This document shows, in pieces, positions 11,516 through 23,469 of a stretch of DNA of 35,451 nt (the stretch's first letter is position 1; each line of letters starts with the position of its first letter). The stretch is taken from positions 1 through 35,451 of the forward strand of contig JAVECL010000213.1 in the NCBI GenBank assembly GCA_051942245.1. Direction: 5' to 3'. The DNA is from Trypethelium eluteriae (lineage: Eukaryota). A program made the position numbers and the translations under genes. The notes beneath the pieces are model-generated. The model ran no database searches. It saw only the letters and a program-made list of their open reading frames with translations, and had not been told where the DNA came from.

Positions 11516-11729
11516 ACACAACTATGTCACGCCAGTGTAGGAAAGCACTCCTGGGAAGGCGATTCCAGGCTTTTGCATTTTCCAACTTTAGATACCAGAA
11601 TGATCACTCTGAATGAGTTGCAGCGTGATGGTCTCGCATTTGAGAGTCATCAAATCTCAACGTTGCAAATTGAACAAGGGTTTCTCCAGATATTACTGGC
11701 ACCTATCTCACAATGAGACGAGCAAAAAG

Positions 11730-11770
11730 TCACGTGATTACGCGTAGCTTGACGCGCCTTCTGCTCGCGT
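11730..11770. promoter_or_regulatory. E-box (TCACGTGA) plus MCB-like CGCG elements upstream of the kinetochore gene
   Basis: TCACGTGA 11730-11737, ACGCGT 11740-11745, ACGCG 11752-11756 and CGCGT 11766-11770, all 50-90 nt before the ATG at 11820. Confidence 0.5.
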
Positions 11771-11819
11771 CAGCAGAACTCCAAGCAATCTATCCCAATA
11801 GCCACCAAAGCTCTCAATA

Positions 11820-12799
11820 ATGAATTACGACACGAACACTGTTGTCGCTTTTAAGTCGGCGTTCCTAAAAGCACAGATCAGGATACTGTCTCAGGGTCTT
11901 CAGATCCCAGACTCATGGTTGAACGATGATAGGGAGCTGCCCTTAGCACTTGTTGAAGATGTACTGAGACAAGGTAGGCTGGAAGCTTCTTGCATTCAAG
12001 CTGTCACTGGGAGTTTTTGCGCATGGCTCACGAGGGACTTTGGGGACCTCTTGTGAATATATTCTCCTTCAACACTCGTGGAAGATCACGGATTCTCATA
12101 TTGTTGTACACCCAACGTTAGGGAGAGACTGATACAACTATTAGCAAACCGGCTTCTCCGCCAACATGTCAAAGCCGCGTACTCTTCCCTCGCCATCCGC
12201 CATGTTGCAGAGCAGATCGACAAACTCTACTGGAATGCGGCCGAGCCACTATTGGAACAAGGCGAAATCTCCGATGATCTTCCAAGACGAGATGCAGACC
12301 TGACGCTCGACGAGTTAGCTAATTTCTACCATGAATCTATCTAGCAATAATTCTAATCCACTATGACAGAACGATATCCCAACTCCCTTCCTCATGGGCA
12401 GACCCAGATACATCTCTCTCCTTCGAGCGACGTGAAACCCAGCTTGAAGACTTCGCCGAGCAGTCTTCCTACAGTGACTCCGTCTCACAGCTCCGCTCTC
12501 TGGCCAAGCGGCGTGCCGTGCTCCGAACTCGCCTCGATCAACTAAGAGCATTGAAAGACATATTGGATCCGTTCCGAGAACCACAAAGCAGGGTACAGCC
12601 AAATCTTACAACAAAAGATGGAGAGCTAGCGAGGGAGTTGACGAGGATGAGGGCATTGACTGCAAGAGTTGGGGGGAGACTGGGAGAATTGCAGAATAGT
12701 AGAATCGACAACATGGAAGACAGTGATGGCGGCCTACAGCTGAAGCCTGATTGGAAAGGAGCGAACGAGAAGATGACGGATGTCCTGAGAATGAGCTAG
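11820..12799 (+). CDS. Kinetochore Sim4-complex subunit, Fta4 family
   Basis: Exons 11820-11973, 12145-12313 and 12370-12799. Motifs AFLKAQIRILSQ, YSSLAIRHVAEQIDKLY and VQPNLTTKDGELARELTRMR match my recollection of fungal Fta4 proteins. Confidence 0.8.
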
Positions 12800-14095
12800 G
12801 GTGTGTCGCTCCTCCAGTGGTAATCCCGGCACTTAGCGAATGAGGCATGCGAGGACATTGCAAGAGTGTGCGAGATCAGCACTTTTTTGCCACGGTTGAC
12901 CGTTTGAGTTTGTGAAAGGTTCTCTGTATCGCGAAGATATTTTTTTCTGACTTCTTTCTCAGTAGATTCTCTAGTTCCTTCGTATAGACGAGAGCTATTC
13001 CCTCTTCGTATAAATAATCGAGCCGGCTCCAGTTGCAGAGCAAACATCGAACCTGGATTGGGAAAGAGTGAGGCACGTCAATGGTATTTTTGACATCCGC
13101 CTCCAGTTGTGTCGATGTTACTGAGTCTTATGAAACAACAGGTGGACTGTTTTGGCTCAAGCAGGAATGCCGACGCTAGGTTCTTCTAATAACGATGTGT
13201 TCAATTTTCGGAATTCATATCGAACCCCGGTTTGAGCGTCTTGCCCAGCTGCCAAGAAAGCGGCGGGAGCAAGATTCGGAAAAGTTACGAAGACTAAGAC
13301 CAGCGCATTGCGGATGATGTGCTTGTTTCTCTGCGACACTTCCCTCCATTAATGTCGAAAGTTACAGACCTATGCTACCATTCCCAAGAAAGTTCTCGAG
13401 AGTGCAAATTTTAGTATCATCGATCTGTTGATCAGCCATGGTTCTCTGTTTGGTCCACGACTGCTCTTCCTGAGCTTTCAGCACGGCCTTGGCAGACCGC
13501 CTGGCTAGAGGTGCTTGATTTCTTCACATCTTAACAAACTTGCGTTCAGCACACAAGTGATAACAAAATTCGGTGAATGGTGGATGTTGATAAAGCTTGA
13601 AGGTGGACCTTCTATTGAGAATCAACCTGAAGTCTTCCAAACTAGGTGTACGATAACGCAGCTGAGGGTTGCTACACTTGGGTTTCATCCGAGATAATTA
13701 CCTGACCTACTACCCACATGCCTATACACGAAGCACAACAAGAATCCAACTACAAGACATCCACCTTATTTCTGAACATCTTCTAGAGCAGCTTGTAAAA
13801 ATATACAGCATTGTTTGTATCTTTAGCTATCTCCTGAGCTAGACAAGGACATGAGTCAGAATTAATTCGTTCCGCACCCGGATACTTTGAGAGCAATTTC
13901 AGAGCAATCTGTGAATAAGTCATATATCAAACTTCCGTGACCATCACCCTCAATGGCAAGCTTTTTGGAGACGCATCAAATGGCTGGCTGACATGCTTAG
14001 AGCAGCTGAGACTCATCTCTACTGACTGCCTGCCGTTGCGTTGGGTGGTCAGCGATAGAAATTCCTTGTACCAGTCGCGCGTTCCTACAGCGTGT

Positions 14096-15825
14096 CTAGT
14101 GACTGCCCGTCCGTCCTTTCTTGACAACACCATAAGGCTTTCCCCCAGAGCTCCTCCCTTCATGGCTATGTTTCTCTCCCTTTGCAGTGTATTTGCTGCT
14201 TCCAGCACCTTGTTGCTTCCCATTGCCATGCTTTGGACCACTTCCATGTTTCTCTCCGCTGTCGCCTTTCACCGGACGGTCTCGAATCTCATCTCTATGT
14301 TCACGGTGGCGATTGAGATTTGATGGTCGGTAAGAGTCGATCTTGTTTTTAGGGGGATGCGAACCACCTTTACGGGCACGAGCTCCTTTCAGTAATGCTT
14401 GGGCTCGCTTCTGATGCTCCTGCTCCTGCTCTTGATTTTGCTTTGCCTCAAAAGATGCGTCTTTCGAATTCGTGTCGCCGCCTTTCTTTACCTGCGATGC
14501 CTCTTGCGGACCTACTCGAACTCGGGAATCTTCCTATGGAATTAGAATTTGGTTGGAATCAGTATCTACGAACATACCCTTGGCATCCTTACTCAGGTCG
14601 GCCACCTGTTGCTGGATCATCTGATGGGCCAACTCGACCTGCTCATTGCTTTCGCAGAGACTCAACATGGAGTTGAAACGGCTGAGTGTCTTGGGGCTGA
14701 AGCGAGAAGGGGCCTCAGCCATCATGGTCCGCTCCTCATGGCCCAAAGGATGACTCTCAACGAAGCGCATGATACGGGATTTGAATTGTTCTCTAGGCAC
14801 ACGGTTCGAAGTGAAAGGATCGGAAGTTCGGATCTTCTTTTTGTTAGCTCGACCGTCTTTGATATTGTTAAGCGCAGCTTCGAGTCCGCCCAACAGAGTT
14901 TGTGTAGTGTCTTCTGGAGACTTCATGCCATTCGGGACATCGTAGAAAGACTCGGCTGACATGGATCCATCCATCTGAGGAAGTGCCCCATGGACTGAGA
15001 TCTCGGAGACTGTCTTTGGCTGCTCTACTACCAATGTATCAGGTGAAGAGTTAGCCAAGATGAGCAGGCAAAAATCTCCTAAAGAAGCTTTCGTTCCTAG
15101 TTTCAAAGTGTCCGTGGTCGACTTCACCTTTTGTGCAATCTCAGATTCGTCTATAAATATATCGGAAAAATCATTTGATAACTTTGACGAAGTTGGTCTG
15201 ACCGCTGCATCAATTACCTTCTCAGTCGTGTCTAGGCCGGAACCAGTACCCAATGGTCTGGTCAAAGATTTTGCTTCCACCTCTGCGTTCTTCGAAGGTT
15301 TGGGTAAATCGCTCGGAGGAGACTCGCTTAAGGACGTCTCTGGTGAACCAGTCAAAGTAACGTTATATGCTACAGCAATAGCCTTCACAGCGGTTTCCGG
15401 ACTCAGTCCTTCGTATAAAATCATCCCGGGGCTCCACCATCTGGTTTCCTTCGAATGCTTGGATGGCTCTTCTGTGAATGGAGCACTCTTTAGGCCACCA
15501 GAAGCATCTGAGCTACTCCCTTTGGGACTTTGGGGTTCTGTAGAAGGTTGGGTTTTGGTGATAGAAGACTTGGTTTTAGACTTCTTTCGCTTCTTGCCGA
15601 GCATCTCGTCCGGCCTGTCTAGATTGCTCTTTTGAGCAGCATCTTGCTTTTCAGCTGCCTCGGTCACTTCAACGGCCGTAGCCCTGGGTTTCTTCGGTTT
15701 GAGCGAGTCCGGGGTACTACTCCCTGCCTTGCGTTTCTGAGACTGCTGAGACCACTGCAAAGACAGGAGATAAGCTCTGTAGGAGGGTTACGTCAGATAG
15801 GGCATAGTACCTTGGCATCTTCCAT
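14096..15825 (-). CDS. Orphan K/S/T-rich protein with basic NLS-like patches; start and last splice junction uncertain
   Basis: MEDAK (ATG 15825) joined by intron 15755-15810 to the 408-codon ORF (KRK, KPKKPR, KKRKK). The same frame stays open for 145 more codons past TAG 14536-14534, to TAG 14098-14096. An in-frame upstream ATG exists at 16065. Confidence 0.6.
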
Positions 15826-16643
15826 CGCGAAATCAGGGCTGTGCAATGCTCCGAGATATTCCCCAACTGTCGGTTTGCGAAATAGATGCTGTCGCACCAG
15901 CGATGAGACTGAGCTCGTCTTGGACAACCAGGTGGTCTTTATGAAGAGCGATCGGACAAGGTTTTGGTGGTGGTGCCGGTGGTGAGCGTACGTGGGGAAT
16001 GCCGAGTGAGCAAAGGAAACGGAAGGAGCAGGTGAATGAACAGACGCGTCCAAAACATTCACCATGTGACGTATCGCGTTCTCAACAGAAATCCGGGACG
16101 CGCTGAAGAACCTGCAACACGTTACAAGGTCTGAAATTCACACAGAGTCCCTGAACTACCAACACCCAAAGCTTGAGGAATTGCCGGCCCCCTCCAGGCC
16201 AATCCAGAGTAGACATAGGATATACTTACTACTCCTTGGATAGCTCTGTCAATCTTTTGCTTCCTTTCCCAATTTTTTCAGGCCACTACAATGGCCAAAA
16301 GCCGATGCTGTGCAGAAATTTCAAAGATTGGCCACGAAACTGTGCAGGTAGAATGGCAGCTGAATCGATGCTTGACTGTACTATGGCAGGCCGTGAGTTC
16401 TGTGCCTCCTCGTAACTGACCAGATTTGTCTACCTTGTGGCACTGCGCTCAAGCAACGGCCCAGGCAAACTTTAAGGGAATCACAGAGCTATCTGAATCC
16501 AAAGCTTGAAATGGGTTAACGTAAAAAGATGAGCGTACATTTATAGAGATGCTTTGAAAAAAGGGTGCACAAGATCTCATGGCCGAGCTTAACTGTTCGT
16601 ATTCTCCTATTTGGTGATGTTGAATGAATTGCATCTCTGCTTT

Positions 16644-18023
16644 TTACGGCTGACCGGGCCAGATCTCATCTGCAATTTCTCTCACCAATTTCAGTTTCTT
16701 CTTCATGTCCTCAATCTCTAAGGCATTGCCAAGCACATGACTAGCGAACCCGCACTGTGGGCTCACACCCATTCTCTCCAGAGCCTTTTCCCTAGTCTCC
16801 CCCGTGCCCTTAGCTACCATGTCAGCGGCTTTCGTTACCCTATCAATCATCTCCTTCTTGTCCTCGAGTTTGGGAAATTTGGAGGTCACGACACCGCAGA
16901 TCACATTCTTATTCGCGGGAAGATGGGCCAACGGTTCAAACCCACCAGCACGAGGGGTGTCATATTCGAGGTAGTATGTAGACACATTCAGGGACTGGAA
17001 AAGCTTGACAGCGATGCGATCGTATCCTCCTTCCGAGAAATGTCGGGATCCGACAAAATTGCCTGGTAAGCATTTCAGTCAGCAGCATTTCTGACAGCGA
17101 AGAAACAAACAAGTTTTTTATACCTCTGCAGATATGAAGGCCAATATGCATCTTGTCAACGTGCTTCTCGATGCATTTATTATACAGCGCAATGTATGCA
17201 TCTAGCTGCTGTTCCACTGTAAGTGAATTGGTTTTGTCTTCTTTCCAGCCCGCTATCATCGATTCGGAACAGAAGTCTGCACAAATATTAGAACATCTCA
17301 TTTTTGCCGAGTACCATAGTCGTTCACCCACAGGCCATGTTAGGGTCGTCAATCTGGACATTCCTCAGTCCTGCTTGGTACAAGAGCTCAAGCTCTGTCT
17401 GATACGCCACGGCGAGATCATCGTAATACTCTTGATCATTGCTATACGCATCTTTCGTATACGCTTTGCCCTCCTTGTATCGCATATGATACCATTCTGG
17501 GGCTGGCAGTGTAATCTTGACATCACCCCATCGCTCCTTCGGCAGCAGACTCTTGACGTACTCATATTGTCTCAGATTGTCCGACTTGCCCGTGTGCTTG
17601 ATCTTGCCCGTGCAGAAAACCGATTCCTCTGGATTATGTTGAACTTCGGTGAAGGCGGCAATGTCCGGTAGGTACGATCTGAAGAGTTCGATGGAAGGGT
17701 TTTGGTAAATTTCCATGCCCTGAAGAGTTGGGAAGAAGGTACCCCAAAATTGATGGCGCCTCTCTTGCATTAGTCAAGACTGCGAAAAGCTGTAGGTGAA
17801 TCTAGCAGTACCGATATTCGCCATCTGAGATGGAACGGAGACCGGTATCGAGTTGGACCTGAACGATTTCCTTGATGGCCTCATCCTCACGTTTAGTGAG
17901 ATCCTCCAAAGACAACTGCTTCTTCTCAAAAGCAGTTCGTTTCTCAATCAAGTCTTTTGGCCGGAGCAAGGACCCTAGATGCTCCGCCCGAAAAGGAGGA
18001 TTTCGATGTAGCTTGCTCGTCAT
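16644..18023 (-). CDS. Cobalamin-independent methionine synthase-like protein (catalytic domain only; UROD/MetE-like, YxjH-type)
   Basis: Introns 17760-17811, 17277-17331 and 17063-17123 give PPFRAEHLGSLLRP, SDGEYRR, VQIDDP, Zn-ligand motifs LHICRGN, LEYD and SPQCGFAS. Confidence 0.9.
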
Positions 18024-18877
18024 GGCTGACACTTTTCGACAGATGTTTGAGTCAATCGCACGCTCCCGGTGGCTTCTTGTCGGTCGTCCGTAAGTCGCTC
18101 TGAAGTACGACGTGGCGTCTTATTTGAAATGTACGCACGGAGAGGATCATAGGTAGTCCACTGCCTGCCTGGCCTCTGTCGTCACTGGTAACCTGAGGTC
18201 TTCGGCAGTTCGCTTTCGATGCTGCCATCGCAGACAACGCGGGGCAACCCCACATTGGCGCTGGCTGACGAGCCTGGGTCATTACCATTAGCGGCAATGT
18301 GGCAGATGTTATTTGGCCGGGACTTCATAGTTTGGACCATGATTGGGAAGGGCCTTTGCCGTGTTGTGCCAGGAAGTCTTCAAAAGTCGTCCGTATTCAT
18401 CAGGAAGGAACGTCAGATGGCCGCAGCGGGAGGGACCTACCCCCCGGCCAATCACGAGGCTTTCTCTCATCTCCACTCCAGCTGCTTCCGAATGCCCAGT
18501 CGTGGTTGTCCGTGTCACCCACTCACCTCGTACATCCAGCACTCGTCTTGCATGAATATGCTTAGGCGCGCGGCTGTCGTCCAATGCGGCCTAGACGTCA
18601 ACGTGATCGCATTGCTGGACTTTATTCGTCGTTCGCCTCGGTGGACCTCCTACTCCATTAGTTAACCGTCCCGCGACAAGATCGCCAAGATATTGGACAA
18701 CATGTCGCACAGAGTGCAAAGTAGCAGGTCGCTGACATCAATGATACCGTATATACTCCGTACTGCTTCTGAGTAGATTGTATCCTTTTCACCGACTCAA
18801 CACCAGTACTTTCCGTTTCTTCTCTCCCTAATTCTTCTTTTATCGAGTCTCTGAAAAAATAACCACCCCTTGCTGTC

Positions 18878-19408
18878 ATGGACGTCTCAAAGAAAACCCC
18901 TTCTCGGACTTCACTAGACTCTACGGAACCCCTCCTTACTCTACCTCAAGCCCACCCACAATCGGCAGCCGCCACCATCGCCACTTCGCCTCCTACTCAT
19001 ACTACTCGCCACCCTCCCCCCTTCCATGAATTTTATACCCCGCGGGCCCGTGACTTTGGAAGTGACACCGCCTCCGTCGCTCCGTCTACCGCCTCCACCG
19101 TCCTACCCGCCTATAGCACTGTGGCCCGCTATGGCCGCTTCAAAAGTGAGGACGTTTACCTTGCCGCCCTACGCGAATTCGCTGAGGAGAAGAAATATAT
19201 GGAGCCAACACGGGATCTGAAGGGACGGGAAGTATCCGTCCTCGGATTCTATGGGGACAAGAGCATGAATGAAATTGCAGGTCCGAGACAGGAGCGGAAG
19301 GAAAATAGAGCGCAATGCGACAATGAACAGGGAAGGAGGAAAAGCAGTTTGACTGGGCTAGGATTGAGGGAGAGGATAAGAGGGAGGAAGGGATCAGGTG
19401 CAGTGTAA
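18878..19408 (+). CDS. Hypothetical protein (176 aa)
   Basis: Intronless ORF preceded by a pyrimidine-rich leader. P/S/T-rich N-terminus, LPAY, helical YLAALREFAEEKKY, GFYG and a basic tail. Confidence 0.65.
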   Translation: MDVSKKTPSRTSLDSTEPLLTLPQAHPQSAAATIATSPPTHTTRHPPPFHEFYTPRARDFGSDTASVAPSTASTVLPAYSTVARYGRFKSEDVYLAALREFAEEKKYMEPTRDLKGREVSVLGFYGDKSMNEIAGPRQERKENRAQCDNEQGRRKSSLTGLGLRERIRGRKGSGAV

Positions 19409-19852
19409 GAGTATGGAATGGCCTCGTGAAGTCGAATGAAGCAATGAAGTGGATAGGTGTGTATGAATTAGGACACTCGAGTTTGCGAATTTCCTCCGAG
19501 CGTATGGAACGGAACTCAATATTAGACTGGATTTCATCGTACGGATTTCACCAATTTTTGATGGCTGCGGGTATGAGGGGACTTTTGCATAGGCCGTCGT
19601 TTGGCGAAGAAAACGCGTACTGGTATTCGAAACAATGTATTAACTACGATATCACAACCTAGGACACAAGTGCTTATGTACGAGTTCTATGCGGGCTGCA
19701 ATTGATACATAACTCTTGTTTTCCAGTGAAGACGCAGTGTGACACATCGGAAACGTTAATTACTCTACTCAAAGTGGCAATTGAAATATCTCATGCGCGC
19801 TGGGAGACATTACAAGCATATTTATTCATCACTCAGACTATTCCTTCTGATA

Positions 19853-21258
19853 TCACCCTTGTGCGGGTGCGGCGTACGGAACTACTTTTGCGCTTTCAAA
19901 ATCAATATAGCCATAATTCCAACCATCCTCGTTATTTGCCATCTTTTCGCTCCACTTACCCATATCCTTAGTGAAGGCTTCGACCTGGCTATCATCACTT
20001 AGGTCAATCGGCTCATGCTCCTTCCCGACTTGCTTGATCTGACTGCCTGCCGCAACGTTCGTGAGACCAAAATTGTCAATGTCAATTTTCTGCTTGATGG
20101 CGCCAAGAGCCTTGCCTTGGAGAATATCGAGAGGAAGATGGAATTCTTGACAAACTGGACGGGCAAGGCCAACGCCGTCGACGGATTTGAGAGCATTGAC
20201 CATCGCCCCTGCCGTCTTCAGACCGCCCGTGATATAGGATTTGGTTTTTTTGATATGGGGAGTAATCTGGTCAGCAAAATCGAGGAAGAATGCTTCCCGT
20301 TTTTTCGTAGATTCGCGTTTGTGCTCAAACGCAAGGCTCTCGTAGGTTCCGCCTGATAGCTCAACGAAATCGAAACGGTTCTGCTCTAGGAGTTGACAGA
20401 GTGTCTTGGCTTCTTCAGGTTGAAAGCCTTTATTTTGGAATTCTACAGAATTCAGCTTAATCCCGACGATGAAGTCAGGCTTCGTGCGCTTGCGAATTTC
20501 TTGGGTGATTTCTATAATCAGGCGGGCGCGATTCTCAAGGCTGCCACCATATTTGTCTGTGCGTTGATTGGTCGTCTCCGACAAAAACTGAGCGAGGAGA
20601 TATCCATGTGCACCGTGAAGCTCAACACCATCGTACCCTGCCTTCTCGAGGTACTCGGATGCGTGTGCGAAACCGTCAATAATTCTGTTAATCTCATCTT
20701 GTGTAGCAGGATGAGGTTTAGCAAATTCCATGCCCATGACGTTGCCTTCAAGCTGAACGTCACTCGCAGAGACTGGATCTGGCTGCAAGTTCTTTGCGGT
20801 CTGGCGACCTGGATGGGATAATTGACAGACGATGAGCGCGCCATGAGCCTTGGCAGCGTCGGCTTGCTTCTTGAAGGCACTAAAACGCTCGCCGGAGAAA
20901 GAAGCTTTGCGAGGGATGACTGGGTTTCCAGCTGCTTCGAGCTGGTCAGGCTCTACGCAACAAAGTCAGCGCTGGCAAGCTTGCCACACTAGGATATCTT
21001 TGCAGGGTCCATACCAATCATGGTATTACCGGTCAAGATGACACCAAATCCGCCCTCACCCCAATGCTTGTATGCATTTATCAACGTGTCGGAAGGCACA
21101 CCTCGTGCGTCGAGGTCCGTTGGGTGCCATGAGGAGATGCGCTCTGTCATCGCAGCCTTCAGGAACCGCGTTGGAGCGGTCTTCCCGGAAAATTCAAACT
21201 GAAGAGGCTTGCCTAGGGGTGAAGGATCCACCTGTTCGGATTCGAAACGCGGCGACAT
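19853..21258 (-). CDS. NADH:flavin oxidoreductase / Old Yellow Enzyme family
   Basis: One intron, 20953-21014. Motifs RFLKAAMTE, QLSHPGRQ, GYDGVELHGAHGYLLAQFLS, NQRTDKYGGSLENRAR, VELSGGTYE. Confidence 0.93.
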
Positions 21259-22068
21259 ATTAGATAATAATGAGAACAGTTCTATCTGGAAGCTCTTGGA
21301 AAGAAAATTTTGAAGGCACAGAAGGGTATCAATCGCAAATCTATGAGCATGGAAATGAAGTTGAAAGACCAAACGTTTATGTAGTGGACGCTTAGTTACC
21401 GACCTCTCTCCGATTCCTCGGCCTTGAGCAATTTTGACAAACTTGGCTTAAACGTGAGCGATTTCTCTGGATCGTGATACGTCATGTTGCACGTAGATGA
21501 ACGGGGGTCCTTCGGGCAACTAGGAGTTTGCAAGCCAATCCGCGAGGCCTGGACTGTTCTGCCTGCGACGGGGTCGGCACTGCAGGATTTTCGTCACGGA
21601 ATGACACTACAAAATTGGACAATCATGACATGGACGACAGCCTAGAGATCGGACTTGGGTCCGGTGGATACGGATGACTAATTGGCAGGCGTCAAACTGC
21701 CGAGGCCGGTCCATGCAGCCGTTGAATCAACAAGAATGCTTTAGTCATCAATCAAGGTCACTGTTGAGGGGTGCCAGGGCGATAGGGCGGTAGAAGTTGG
21801 GAGGTGGGTGGTCAAGGGGGAAGAGTGGAAATTCTTGGGACAGCACCATCTCGCGTTATCCCGGCGGAGCGGAATGATTGTACGTAGTGGAGTGGAGACT
21901 GTGAGATGATGCAAATGGTGCAAACATGCCGCACAACATTACGCGGAATCTGACCGGGCGGCGTACACCGGGCCCCTCCAACTGTGCTGAAAGCTCGAAC
22001 TGCTCCGCCAGAGGCTGATCCCCTACCCTCTGTTGCAATTCCCCAGATCGTGGGCGAGGATAGCCAGA

Positions 22069-23469
22069 ATGGCGGAGGCCCCAATTGGCAAGTCTCTCAG
22101 GCAGACCAACATTCTGTATTCCTTGAAACTAATGTCATCCATATTTCAGTCCTCGATGGAGGGACAGGCTTCCTCAAGGCTGGCTATGCTGGCCAGGTAA
22201 GTAATCGCAAACGTTTCGCACCCGTTTAATAGAAGACTTGCTCACGCATGCCGCTCTCAGAATTTTCCCGACCACCAATACCCTTCTATTGTTGGCCGCC
22301 CTATTCTTCGGTCAGAAGAACGCGCAGGCGACATCGTTGTCAAAGACATAATGTGCGGTGACGAAGCAGCCGCTGCGCGTTCTATGCTCCAAATATCCTA
22401 CCCCATGGAGAATGGAATTGTCAAGAAATGGGACGACATGCAACATCTTTGGGACTTCACCTTCTTCGAGAAGATGCGCATCAACCCTCAAGGGCGCAAG
22501 ATTCTCCTCACTGAGCCTCCAATGAATCCTTTGAAGAACCGTGAGCAGATGTGCGAAGTCATGTTCGAACGGTATGGCTTTCAGGGTGTCTATGTTGCAA
22601 TCCAAGCCGTATTGGCACTGTACGCACAAGGTCTATCATCGGGAGTCGTTGTAGACTCAGGGGATGGCGTGACACACATAGTCCCCGTCTTCGAATCCAC
22701 TGTGCTCAATCACCTCACCCGCCGTCTCGATGTCGCTGGTCGCGACGTAACCCGCAACCTTATCGCTCTTCTGCTTCGGCGAGGCTATGCGCTAAACCGG
22801 ACGGCCGATTTCGAAACCGTTCGTCAAATCAAGGAAAAGCTTTGCTACGTCTCCTATGACCTTGGACTCGACCAGCGCCTCTCGGAAGACACCACCGTGC
22901 TCGTCGAATCCTACACCCTTCCCGACGGCCGCGTGATCAGAGTCGGGAGTGAAAGGTTCGAGGCTCCAGAATGCCTATTCCAGCCTCATCTAGTGGATGT
23001 CGAACAGCCAGGAATCGCAGAATTTCTGTTCAATACCATTCAAGCTGCGGATGTTGATGTGAGATCGAGCTTGTATAAGGCCATTGTACTCAGTGGAGGC
23101 AGCAGCATGTACCCAGGGCTACCGAGTCGTTTGGAGAAAGAGCTAAAGCAGTTGTGGTTGACGAGGGTACTGCAAGGGAATCCAGAGAGACTAAACGTAA
23201 GAATTAGATCCGTTGTCTCTGTTACAGAATGGATGCTGACTCTCATATAGAAATTCAAGGTCCGAATAGAAGACCCGCCACGGAGAAGGCATATGGTCTT
23301 TTTGGGTGGCGCAGTCTTGGCGAATATTGTGAGTTGTTCTGCCGACCATAAACTCTATGTCGATGCTAATTGAGCTTAGATGGCGGATAAGGAGAGCATG
23401 TGGGTAACGAAGCAAGAATGGGACGAACTGGGTCCATCAAAATCGTTAGAGAAGCTTGGCGCTCGGTGA
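22069..23469 (+). CDS. ARP2: Actin-related protein 2 (Arp2/3 complex)
   Basis: Exons 22069-22087, 22150-22196, 22261-23196, 23251-23328 and 23380-23469. [71 protein letters not shown]. Confidence 0.97.

Noticed and set aside
18219..18665. 148-aa ORF between the MetE-like gene and the hypothetical gene
   Set aside because: It lies in a divergent promoter region and its composition is not protein-like.
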